From the NCBI RefSeq assembly GCF_964213995.1, contig NC_135809.1, positions 22,506,001-22,570,000 on the forward strand: a DNA stretch of 64,000 nt. The letters run 5' to 3'. A program made the translations under genes and the position numbers. Shown here piece by piece: positions 13,311 to 31,589 of this stretch. This stretch comes from Mustelus asterias. Lineage: Eukaryota. The notes beneath the pieces are model-generated. The model had not been told where the DNA came from. It worked only from the letters and a program-made list of their open reading frames with translations, and made no database searches. How positions within the stretch are numbered: the stretch's first letter is position 1; the number at the start of each line of letters is the position of its first letter.

Positions 13311-13839
13311 ACATCTATACAATTCCTCATAACGGATGATTGTTAGAAAAATCCAAATTGTGTTAGCTGCGCTTCAATTTCTTTAGTGGGAATAAACAGT
13401 GGGTTTTTGGGTTTAAATAGTGGGAATAGTTTTTGGAAGAAATCCTTTTGGAAGGAGGTAAATTATTTGTCTTGTGCCATTTACCCCTTTTGGAAGAAAG
13501 GCCATATATTTTCATATATAATTTTACTTTAAGACTCTTTCTGCGTCTCAATGCGATTACCTTACACTCCAGAATTGGTACCAGATACCTCCTGCCAGCC
13601 AGCCTTTTCTTGTTGGGGGCGGGAGAGGGGGAAGTGGCATCATCCAGACCCGCCATGTTTCACAAAAATCTTCCAGCTGCTCAGCATCTTTGACTCACTA
13701 GGAGGATTGGAAATGAAGGAATGGTAATGATTAAATCACTGGATCTCACTTTGGTACCTGCACCCAAAACGTTTATGTAAAAAAACCCACAAACCCTCTA
13801 TTTCGTCCAAAGTTGTGAAAAGACCTGAGTTTTTTTTCA

Positions 13840-14130
13840 TTTGTGGACATGGGCATTATCGACTGGCCAGCATTTATTGCCCATCCCCAGTTGCTCTTGG
13901 AGGGCAGTTAAGAGTCAACCACATTACTGTGGCTCTGGAGTCACATGGAGGTCAGACCAGGTAAAGACAGCAGGTTTCCTTCCCTAAAGGACATTAGTGA
14001 ACATTTCTGACAAATCGACAATCGTTTCATGGTCATCAGTAGATTCATAATTCCAGATTTTTTTAATTGAATTCAAATTCCACCTTCTGCCATTAGCTGA
14101 GTTTCTGGATTAATAGTCTAGTGGGCCATC
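13840..14130 (-). mobile_element. Second tRNA-derived SINE family (reverse copy of the family at 22940-23315)
   Basis: Shares ccagcatttattgcccatcc...gagtcaaccac...ttccttccctaaaggac with the reverse complement of 22940-23315. Confidence 0.75.
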
Positions 14131-14940
14131 CCCTCCCCGGCGAGTGGCGTTACCTGCTGCAACTTGCACCCTGTTTCCCAAGAGAACTTTGGAGATAGCC
14201 CCCCCTCCCCCCCATCCACGGCTATTTTCTTTAATGTTAACGAAGAGCGGTTGACCACACCTACTTCCTCATAACATTACAAAAAGACTCTAAACTAAAT
14301 ACGGAAAGTTCCTTGGAGGTCCACTTGAACACCTCACATCAGTTTGCAGTGATGAGTGGGTACAAAGGCCAGGCAGTGTGACTTGGCTTCCTACCGCAGG
14401 AGCTTGCATCTCTTTACCTTGAATGTTGAAGACCTGACTCTGGGGTTGCACTGCCAACTGAAAACATATCACCAAATTGGAAAATGTTCGTGCAACATGC
14501 CGCCTTTTGTGTGTTTCTTTTAATATTGGATTGCCGGATGTGAGCCAGGTCAGTCAGGGGCACACCGAGTGCCATCTGTTGATGGCTTGAGGAAGTGGTG
14601 GAGCGCCTTCTTCTCTTGAACCAACGGATTGCTTGTAGCAATTATGCTCTTCAGGTTCATTGCAAGACACTGAGGCCACAATGAAAGTCTGTTATATACC
14701 CACATCAGGATGGCGTGAGACGTGGAGGGAACATAGGAGACGGTGCTGTTTGTATGCTTGTCCCTCTGGACAACAAGAGAAGGGCTGGAGGAAGAAAGTA
14801 GTCATGTTGAGTTGCACTTGTTTAGTAAATGACTGTGGTTAATTTCAACACCAAAATCGCTCCCACGGCGTGTAATGGTGATCAACAAAAAACTGATCTG
14901 TTGGCCTATTTTTCAGTTTGAATCAGGCTGCATTTAATAA

Positions 14941-15121
14941 AGTTAGGTGGATTGGCCATGCTAAATGTGTCCCAAGATGTGTAGTTTGGGTGGATTAACA
15001 ATGTTAAATGTGTGGGATTACAAGGATCGAGCGAGGGTGAAGACCTGGGTACGATAGAGATGTGGGTGCAGACTCGATGGGCCGAATGGCCTCTTCTACA
15101 CTGTAGGGATTCTATGATTCT
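14941..15121 (+). mobile_element. HE1 SINE 3' part, tail type A
   Basis: gttaggtggattggccatgctaaa...gcagactcgatgggccgaatggcctcttctacactgtagggattctatgattc. Confidence 0.8.
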
Positions 15122-16119
15122 AATAAGAAGGGTATGAAAACGCTTTTAAAAACAATTCCACAGTAATCGTCACTAGAATTAATGTTTGAAACGCACCTAC
15201 TCTGCTGACCATGAAATCTTTTTATATACTTGGATGGTTGTATTTGAGGAGGGTGGGGTTTTTTTTGCACAGTCCAGTTTCTAGCTGAAGTCATGGTTTA
15301 TGGTGTGGGCAATGCCAGTCTGTTCATTGCGGCACTCGCCTATCAGCTTACACTTCAGATGTTCTATTGCAACACAATCATTCTCACACCAGCCAGTCCC
15401 TTGTATAAAAATACAAACGCCTATAGCACAAACCCATCCTTATTTTGGAAACAAGCATACACACTTTAACTCGAGACTCACCTTGTGATGCTGTTTGTTT
15501 CCCTGTTGTCGATTGAAAGAGAGGTGGAGGTGCAAGCCTTTACACTTAAACCTTTATCTTTTGTTTAATTAAATCAGTACTAAGTGAATGAGATTTACGT
15601 CAGGCAGCACACGGAAATTCTGTGATTACTGAGACAATCTGGCCCCAGAGCAACCTTGAATTGCGAAAAGCAAAGCTGCAAATGCTGGAACTCTTGAAAT
15701 GAAACCAGAAAAATATTGGACAAGCATAGCAGGTCCGTCAATAAATGGAAAGGGAAAAGGTTTCGGCTTCAGACCCTTGGTTTCAGGTAGGTTATAGATT
15801 TGGAACGTTTTTTGAAGTTAGAATCTTTCAATAGTCCTGATCTATATGATTTGATGCATTGTAACTCGCCGCCTCTTTTCGATACAAAAACATTTACACA
15901 ATCATCGAATTATCGCGCAGAACACGGCCATTCGTTTAAACAATTTCTCCTTAACATAATATCTGGTAAGAAGTGAAAGAGTTCTGGAGCAATGAAAAGC
16001 AAATGAAAAGAGACATGGTTAGGTTGCTGCTGTAAATTGGTTGGCTAGCTCGCTAGTATCCTCTTGTGGAAATATGTATAAACTACAACCTGTGATTGAA
16101 ATAGTTTTCTGAAGTACAT

Positions 16120-16450
16120 AGAAACATAGAAACCCTACAGTGCAGAAGGAGGCCATTCGGCCCATCGAGTCTGCACCGACCACAATCCCACCCAGGCCCT
16201 ACCCCCACATATTTTACCCACTAATCCCTCTAACCTACGCATCCCAGGACTCGAAGGGACAATTTTTAACCTGGCCAATCAACCTAACCCACACATCTTT
16301 GGACTGTGGGAGGAAACCGGAGCACCCGGAGGAAACCCACGCAGACACGAGGAGAATGTGCAAACTCCACACAGACAGTGACCCGAGCCGGGAATCGAAC
16401 CCGGGACCCTGGAGCTGTGAAGCAGCAGTGCTAACCACTGTGCTACCGTA
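16120..16450 (-). mobile_element. HE1/V-SINE, tail type A (CpG-rich, young-looking)
   Basis: Reverse copy with intact B box gggttcgattccc. Confidence 0.9.
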
Positions 16451-16752
16451 CCTTAAGAAGGGACACTCCTCTTATGAAGGATGTACACACAGTATATTCA
16501 TGAATATATCTATCTCTTGAAGGAATAAGGAATATATGAAGGAATAAGGAAGTTATGGTTGTTCTGATGGTGGTAAATAAAGTCAGTTAGGCTGAACCTC
16601 CTATTAAGGATCCTGAGTACGTATTTCTTTAAGACAAATATCCATCAACCAGTTGTTTATTTTGATTGGAAAATTAAAACTACATTGTGTCATGCAGGTT
16701 AATATTGAGTCAAAATTCAACATGTTTAACTAGTGCCAAGCTATTCCTGTCT

Positions 16753-17033
16753 GGTTAGCACTGCTGCCTCACAGTGCCAAGGACCCGGGTCCGATTCCTG
16801 GCTTGGGTCACTGTCAGTGTGGAGTCTGCATGTTCTCCCCGGTCTGCGTGGGTTTCCTCAGGGTGCTCTGGTTTCCTCGCACAATCCAAAAGACGTGCTG
16901 GTTAGGTGCTAAATTTTCCCTCAGTGTACCCGAACAGGCGCCGGAGTCTGGCGACTAGGGGATTTTCACAGTAACATCATTGCAGTGTTAATGTAAACCT
17001 ACTTGTGACACTAATAAATAAACTTTAAACTTT
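16753..17033 (+). mobile_element. HE1/V-SINE, tail type B
   Basis: Ends acttgtgacactaataaataaactttaaacttt. Confidence 0.85.
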
Positions 17034-17149
17034 AATGTGAAAACATTCTACATTGCATTATATAAGTGAATCATCTTTGTCAAGCATGACCTGTTTTCAG
17101 GAGATATATTGGTTCCTCCTAGAAAAGTCCTGTGTTATTTATAATGCTT

Positions 17150-17780
17150 TATTTCACCAACAACCTGTCCTGGTCTCCCCAACCTGTCCTGGTCTCAGCC
17201 AACACTATAGTTAAGAAAGCCCACCAACGCCTCTACTTTCTCAGAAGACTAAGGAAATTTGGCATGTCAGCTACGATTCTCACCAACATTTACAAGTGCA
17301 CCATAGAAAGCATTCTTTCTGGTTGTATCACAGCTTGATATGGCTCCTGCTCTGTCCAAGACTGCAAGAAACTACAAAAGGTTGTGAATGTAGCCCAATC
17401 CATGACGCAAACCAGCCTCCCATCCATTGACTCTGTCTACACTCCCCGCTGCCTTGGCAAAGCAGCAGGCATGATTAAGGACCCCACACACCGTGGACAT
17501 TCTCTCTTCCACCTTCTTCCATTGGGAAAAAGATACAAAAGTCTGAGGTCATGTACCAACCGACTCAAGAACAGCTTCTTCCCTGCTGCCATCAGACTTT
17601 TGAATGGACCTAACCTGCATTAAGTTGATCTTTCTCGACACCCTAGCTATGACTGTAACATTACATTCTGCACTCTCTCATTTCCTTCTCAATGGGCGGT
17701 ATGCTTTGTCTGTATAGCGCGCAATAAACAATACTTTTCACTATGTTAATACATGTGAAAATAATAAATCAAATCAAATA
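17150..17780 (+). mobile_element. Rex1/Babar-clade LINE 3' fragment
   Basis: KKAHQRLYFLRRLRKFG...IESILSGCIT and HSLFHLLPLGKRYKSLRSCTNRLKNSFFPAAIRLLN motifs; 3'UTR ends aataaatcaaatcaaat. Confidence 0.8.
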
Positions 17781-18905
17781 ATAATTTATAGCATCTCTTA
17801 TATTTCTCCACCAACATAACTTGTCTTTAGCTCCTAGGATTTTACTTGTGAGAAAGGAGAATCAGGAGATAGGGTAGAAAAGGGTTACCTGACATTTCAT
17901 GCTGTTTAAAGAACAGTAGAAGCAACACCCCAGAGATTTCATTCTCTATAACAAAACATTTTAATGAAAAGGGGAATTTCACCTTGCTTTTATCATTCTG
18001 AGCCTTGACGATTAAATGTCATACTTGCCAGAAACCCATTGAGACCTGGCTAAAGTAGTCGAGTGACCTTTCAAGAGATAAAGAACCTATGAAAGAACCT
18101 ATGAAATTACCAATATCAATTAATAAAAGTATTGTTAAAAAAATCATTCTGCAGATGTAATACTACACATATGAGCAAGATGTGATTGCCAAACATGGAC
18201 ATTTTAATAAAAAACTTGTAGCTCAGACAGGTATAAAACTAATGAGGGTTTGAGGCCAAATGATCAAATGTGGTAGTTAATTCAATATTTATGCATATGC
18301 TTACTTACTATTGCATGTATTGGGTACAATTCTTCAAGAACACCTGACGACTAGAGGTCCAGAAAAGGAGGCTGAGAAAGGAATGCCAGCAATCTCAAGT
18401 CAGTCGGAGATGAGGCTTGATGATCAGGCCATTGGATATGCAAGGATCCATGATCATTAACACAGAGTTTCTTAAGTGGATAATCATAACTTGCTAGTGA
18501 GTGATCATCAAAGAAAATTGCCTGTCTGTATAATAAAACTGAATAATTAACTAAAATGCTTCAAAAAGCACATTGAATTTTGAGTTGATCAATTCCTGGG
18601 ATGGTTTTTCTTACTCTTGCAACCAATCTTCCCTGCACCTTTGAGGTCAAAACAGTGAAGTACTTGGGCAAACTAAGCCAGATAGCTCATGCTAACCGGA
18701 CAAATATCTGAGTTTAGTACTATGAACGATGAATGAAGTACATGTTCTGTTTCTGAAGTCAATGGAGCACATGTTAAAAGCTGTTTGTTCCAGCAGTTGT
18801 AATGACTTACTGCTTGTAATTTGCAATCTGCTCTCCAGAAAAGTTCTGAACTTATTTGCATCTGAAGCACTGCCCTGTTGTACCAAAAGAATACGCAGAT
18901 GCTTT

Positions 18906-19176
18906 TCAAAAGTTAAAGTTTATTTATTAGTCACAAGTAGGCTTCCATTAACACTGCAATGAAATTACTGTGAAATTCCCCTAGTCGCCACACTCCGGCA
19001 CCTGTTCGGGTCAATGCACATCTTTCAGACTGTGGGAGGAAACCAGAGCACCCGGAGGAAACCCACGCAGACACGGGGAGAATATGCAGGCTCCACACAG
19101 TGACCCAAGTCGGGAACTGAACCCGGGTCCCTGGCGCTGTGAGGCAGCAGTGCTAACCACTGTGGCACCGTGCGCC
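18906..19176 (-). mobile_element. HE1/V-SINE, tail type B
   Basis: Reverse copy: aaagtttatttattagtcacaagtaggc...gtgctaaccactgtggcaccgtg. Confidence 0.85.
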
Positions 19177-19299
19177 CATTACATGAAATCTAGTTATACA
19201 ATTAAGAACATTTGCATATCATGTTTATTTTATTTAATATGAAACTTATTGTTGTTGCTGACCATCAATTCAATCAATAAGCGTAAGTACTTAGAGTAC

Positions 19300-19980
19300 T
19301 TAGAGGGCATGGAAACAGGCCCTTTGGCCCAACTTGTCCATGCAGCCCAGTTTTTACCATTAAGCTAGTCACATTGCCCCACATTTGGCCCAGCATAAAC
19401 AGGCCCTTCAGCCCAACTTGTCCATACCACCCTGTTTTTACCATCAAGCTAGTCCCAATTGTCCGCATTTGGCCCATACCCCTCTATACCCATCTTACCC
19501 ATGTAACTGTCTAAATGCTTTTGAAAGACAAAATTGTACCCGCCACGACAACTACCTCTGGCAGCTTGTTCCAGCCACTCACCACCCTCTGTGTGAAAAA
19601 ATTGCCCCTCTGGACATTTTTGCATCTCTCCCCTCTCACCTTAAACATATGCACTCTGGTTTTAAGCTCCCCTTCCTTTGAGAAAAGATGTTGACTATCT
19701 ATCTAATCTATGCTCATTATTTTAGACCTCTATAAGATCATACCCAAGTCTCCTACACTCCAGGGAAAAAAGTCCCAGTCTATCCAGCCTCTCTTTATAA
19801 CTCAAACCATCAAGTCCCGATAGCATCCTACTAAATTTTTTCTTCATTCTTTCTAGTTTAATAATATCTTTTCTATAATAGGGTGACCAGAACTGTACAG
19901 TATTCAAAATGTGGCCTTACCAATGTCTTGTACAACTTCAACATGACGCCCCAACCCCTGTATTCAATATTCTGACCAAC
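19300..19980 (-). mobile_element. CR1 LINE 3' fragment with a duplicated 3' tail
   Basis: VQFWSPYYRKDIIKLER...LSYKERLDRLGLFSLE; ~80 bp tail duplicated at ~19312-19392 and ~19397-19477. Confidence 0.85.
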
Positions 19981-21227
19981 ATACTTGCACCAAGCATATG
20001 CCCATGTCAAACTCATTCATCCTGGCTGTTATGTCTAAATGAATATACTGCTGTCAATATTCATAGACTGGTACCATTGGTTGCTTGTCACATGCGATCA
20101 GTAGACTTATCATTGAAGCGGATAATTGTGTTGAAACTGATGTTGATAACTATATCAGCCTTCACTTCTCTTGTCCAATGCTCATTAGCCTAGCAGAACA
20201 TGCCTGGAGATTTGACACTGCTTGCTTGGCAATGTAGCACAATGGGAGCGAATGGCCATTTCCAATTCTGCATATTTTGCACAGGACTAAAGATTGAAGC
20301 GGGTGTTCAATTGGAGTCTCATGACTTACTGGCAAAATGGTGTGCTCTGGGTATTATAATCTTATGGGGTTGGTTTTGCTTGCAGAGGAAGAGTTGCTGA
20401 CACACACCTTGACATTTTCATATACCTTTCTGGTCAGACACCAAACTGAGAACTGCTGTCGAATGTAACGAAATTAACGATTACCTGATTCTTTTCCCCA
20501 TCTAAAGCCCAGATCACAAGGTCACATGTGCCATATCTGGCAATTTTAAGTAACATGGGTTTCTGTTCAATTGCCAGGTAATATGAATGTAATAGTATAT
20601 TTTAGTTCATAGTGAGCAAGTGTGCGTCTACAGGATTGGTCATCAATGAACATGAGAAATATCTGAGCAAAGCTTAAAAACTTGTCCCACTTTTGTTCCC
20701 ATTGCCTACAGGCCAAAATCCAGCTACAAAATCTCTTGCAGTTCAATGGACTGACTGCGTTCAGTAATAAGGCACAAACACAGCAAATAGAAATTTGGGA
20801 AAGGTACCAGAGGAAGGCTTGCAGGAAAAGATCAAAATCTGCAGATAAATTAGTAATAAAATCATAAATGTGAGTGGTTCTTTTGATCAACAGAACAGAT
20901 AGGTAGCTGGATACAGCTGTAGGAATGACAGCAAGCTAACAGTCCTCATCATTAAAATACAAATTGGACAGCAACTGATTGGGAAAGGAGGCAGTTGCTT
21001 GTCCCATTCCCACAAGTCTCTGATCCCTTGTAAAGGGCACTGCACTGTTTTGGCTCTTCCAGCCACATCAAATTCCAGTGCAAAATTCCACAGAAAGACT
21101 TTTCAGTGCAAGTGTAATGGCAAGCTCAGGTCTTATACAGTAGAGGAAAATATGGTCCAAGTTGCTTATGATAAACATCAGGACAAAATTGTCTTAATTG
21201 GTCAATGAGTCAGTACTTAGACACAAT

Positions 21228-21354
21228 GGCAGGATTTTCCAGCCACGCTCACCCCAAAACCGGAAAATCCCACCCGACGTCAATGGACATTTGCATGGTT
21301 CCCCCCACCCCCCCTACGATTCCAGTGGTAGATGGGACAGGAAAATTCCCCCCC
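21228..21354. mobile_element. Short MITE-like element (possibly PIF/Harbinger type)
   Basis: Terminal inverted repeats ggcaggattttcc / ggaaaattccccc; a reverse-oriented relative lies at 32254-32382. Confidence 0.55.
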
Positions 21355-21649
21355 TGTAAATTCAAGGTAGCATAAGAAATTAAGAGTTTATTGAAAAAAA
21401 ATGTTCCAAGGAAAAGGCTTTTAGGATTTGTTATGTCCTATCAGAAATAGCAGCAAAGAAGAATCCATAATATCTTAGTTAAAAAACAAGTGAATAAATA
21501 ATTGGAAAGAACAGGCACGGGAAAGTGGAGGAATGCCCAGAGTCGAATGGTTTTCATGTGTTGCAAACATCTATAACCAATACAGTGAAATGCATCATTT
21601 CCTACTGCAGTTATGAAATACAAAAGAGCCAGGATGTGACAGTCACATA

Positions 21650-21655
21650 TTTATT
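21650..21655 (-). terminator. RPS16 polyadenylation signal AATAAA
   Basis: tttatt on plus strand, 21 nt after the stop codon. Confidence 0.75.
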
Positions 21656-21676
21656 TGCCACAATCAAATGAAAGAG

Positions 21677-28686
<7,010 letters not shown>

Positions 28687-28801
28687 CTTCCTGGAAAGAG
28701 AGAGACAGACAAAACAGCGGGTTAACAGCGGAACTTTTATACAAATCTCAACCGATTCCTTCCCCTCCCTCCCCCCCCCCGATTTCACCCCGCCAGCTCA
28801 C

Positions 28802-28837
28802 CCGTTACTCCCAAGCGACGCCGTGGTGAAAAGAGAG
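28802..28837 (-). other. RPS16: RPS16 non-coding first exon with 5'TOP
   Basis: Starts ctctcttttc (TOP/TCT-like), ends CGG|gtgagc; intron 28801-28691 (111 nt). Confidence 0.75.
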
Positions 28838-29119
28838 AACGGGGTTTCCGACCCAGCAACTCAAGAGCTGTTGTGCGACGTATGCGCTTTACGAAGCCCG
28901 TTTTGCGACAGTGGGAGGGATGTTGACGGTAGGATGGCTGTGAGGAAGGCTTGGCCAATAAGAAACACACCTCCCTGGGCTTGATCTAATAGTTCAGGTT
29001 TAAAGTTTGTACCCCCTTTAAAAAAAGTGGGTGTTTTTTGTTCATTTGATTGCAGACTAATGATAAATTATTTATTGTAGTTAGAGCTTTAAAAAGGACT
29101 AAGTAGATAAGCTGATAAC

Positions 29120-29325
29120 ACTTTGAGAAAGTTTATTAGACTAATACCAGGAATGGATGGGTTGTCTTATGAGGAAAGGTTGGAGATATTAGGTTTGAGT
29201 CCACTGGAGTTTAGAAGAGAAAGAAATGACTTGATCGAAACCTTTAGGATTTTGAGGGGTATTGACAGGGAGGATGTTCCTTGTTTGAGAATCCAGAACT
29301 AGGGGTTACTGTTCAAAGATAAGGG
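29120..29325 (+). mobile_element. CR1 fragment interrupted by the Penelope insertion (resumes at ~30743)
   Basis: gggttgtcttatgaggaaaggttgg...agaactaggggttactgttcaaagataaggg. Confidence 0.75.
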
Positions 29326-29383
29326 CAGTAAGAAGTCTCACAACACCAGGTTAAAGTCCAACAGGTTTATTTGGTAGCAAATA

Positions 29384-29420
29384 CCATAAGCTTTCGGAGC
29401 ACAGCTCCTTCGTCAGATGG
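29384..29420 (-). ncRNA. Minimal type I hammerhead ribozyme motif (inverted arm)
   Basis: Reverse complement reads CCAT-CTGACGA-AGGAGC tgt GCTCC-GAAA-GCTT-ATGG. Confidence 0.8.
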
Positions 29421-29997
29421 AGTGGATATCTGTTCTCAAACAGTGCACAGACACAGAAATCAAGTTACAGAATACTGATTAGAATGCAAATCTCTACAGC
29501 CAGCCAGGTCTTAAATGTACAGACAATGTGGGTGGAGGGAGCATTCAACACAGGTTAAAGAGAAGTGTATTGTCTCCAGACAGAACAGCTAGTGAAATTC
29601 TGCAAGTCATGAGGCAAGCTGTGGGGGTTACTGATAATGTGACATAAATCCAACATCCCGGTTTAGGCCGTCCTCATGTGTGCGGAACTTGGCTATCAGT
29701 TTCTGCTCAGTGACTCGCTGATAGCCAAGTTCCGCACACATGAGGACGGCCTAAACCGGGATGTTGGATTTATGTCACATTATCAGTAACCCCCACAGCT
29801 TGCCTCCTGGGCTTGTAGAATCTCACTAGCTGTTCTGTCTGGAGACAATATACATCTCTTTAACCTGTGTTGAATGCTCCCTCCACCCACATTATCTGTA
29901 CCTTTAAGACCTGGCTGGCTGTAGAGATTTGCATTCTAATTAGTATTCTGTAACTTGATTTCTGTGTCTGTGCACCTTTGGAGAACAAATATCCACT

Positions 29998-30034
29998 CCA
30001 TCTGACGAAGGAGCTGTGCTCCGAAAGCTTATGG
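29998..30034 (+). ncRNA. Minimal type I hammerhead ribozyme motif (nested copy)
   Basis: CCAT-CTGACGA-AGGAGC tgt GCTCC-GAAA-GCTT-ATGG. Confidence 0.8.
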
Positions 30035-30612
30035 TATGTGCGACCAAATAAACCTGTTGGACTTTAACCTGGTGTTGTGAGACTTCTTACTATGCTTACC
30101 CCAGTCCAACGCCGGCATCTCCACATCATATCAGTTTCTGCTCAGCGACTCTGCGCTGTTGTGTGTCGTGAAGGCCGCCTTGGAGAACGCTTACCTGAAG
30201 ATCCAGGCAAGACTGTTCTCTTCCCGTGGGGGAGCACTTCAGCAGTCACGGGCATTCAGCCTTGGATCTTCAGGTAAGCGTTCTCCAAGGCGGCCTTCAC
30301 GACACACGACAGCGCAGAGTCGCTGAGCAGAAACTGATAGCCAAGTTCCGCACACATGAGGACGGCCTAAACCGGGATGTTGGATTTATGTCACATTATC
30401 AGTAACCCCCACAGCTTGCCTCATGACTTGCAGAATTTCACTAGCTGTTCTGTCTGGAGACAATACACTTCTCTTTAACCTGTGTTGAATGCTCCCTCCA
30501 CCCACATTGTCTGTACATTTAAGACCTGGCTGGCTGTAGAGATTTGCATTCTAATCAGTATTCTGTAACTTGATTTCTGTGTCTGTGCACTGTTTGAGAA
30601 CAGATATCCACT

Positions 30613-30649
30613 CCATCTGACGAAGGAGCTGTGCTCCGAAAGCTTATGG
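30613..30649 (+). ncRNA. Minimal type I hammerhead ribozyme motif (forward arm)
   Basis: Identical core to 29998-30034; AATAAA follows about a dozen nt downstream. Confidence 0.8.
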
Positions 30650-31589
30650 TATTTGCTACCAAATAAACCTGTTGGACTTTAACCTGGTGTTGTGAGACTT
30701 CTTACTGTGCTTACCCCAGTCCAACACCGGCATCTCCACATCAAAGATAAGGGGACATTCATTTAAAATAATTACTTTGATTGGATGTAATGTAACCAAT
30801 GGGAACAAGATGTAAGGGTCAGCTGACCCAGTAAAACATGGAACCATAAGGAAGGAACTATGTAGAATTGTGGGAAGCTTGGAGTGGCCCAGGGCGAGGC
30901 CCCAACTTTGGAGTAATGATGTTTCTTTATTAAACCCTTTCTTTGATTTATAAGTTGGAGTAAGTTTTATTGTATTTTCATTAGCTGCATTTTTGAAGGG
31001 TTCCTTCTGAAGAAACATGGGATGCCACCTCCTCCCAAAATATACCCCCCAATCGGATTCACCCCGCCTGCATAGGACTCCTCCCCTTCTGCCAGACCTG
31101 ACCCTCACCCCCGAACCCTGACTGGATCTGGCTGGACACCCTTCCACTCAAGACCCCATCGTGTCACTCCAACGCTGCCAACAAACACCCTCCCTCTTGT
31201 GCAGGCCTAGTCCGAGCCTCTCCCACCCAAGGTCCGACTTTAATTTCCCGACCCCTGAAACCGTACCACACCTCCCCCACCCAACTTCTAACCACTTGCC
31301 TTAGACACTGACCTCCCCTTCCATGCACTGTCAATTTCACTGGACCTTGCACTTAGCTGGTTTACGACAGCTAGTGTTGTTAAAAGGACGTGTGGCCTCT
31401 TCACTCCAACTCTCCTGCACTTTGGCACAGGGCCTCAAGGACTGCACTGCCTGATTCTTGACCTGCCTGAGTTGGAAGGTCAGCCGAGAAAAGCTGGAAA
31501 AAATCATCCCAATGTTGTAAAGCAAAATTATACATAAAGCCACATAGGGTGGTATTAGGGCAGATGACCAGCTGGAAGAATCAATTTAT

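Larger units (their letters stand above)
29326..30742. mobile_element. Penelope-like element: inverted arm plus forward 3' end, with a nested second copy (29717-30128)
   Basis: TSD tcaaagataaggg (29313-29325 / 30741-30753); GIY-YIG C-terminus in frame 30205-30405 (PVGEHFSSHGHSALDLQVSVLQGG...AEQKLIAKFRTHEDGLNRDVGFMSHYQ*); three hammerhead motifs. Confidence 0.88.

Noticed and set aside
18338-18460. Plus-strand frame ending in ITIM-like IGYARI
   Set aside because: Weak acceptor and no upstream Ig or transmembrane exons found
29326-30742. CRISPR-like or DNA-transposon interpretation of the repeated arms
   Set aside because: Eukaryotic context, no spacers; GIY-YIG remnant and hammerheads identify a Penelope-like retroelement
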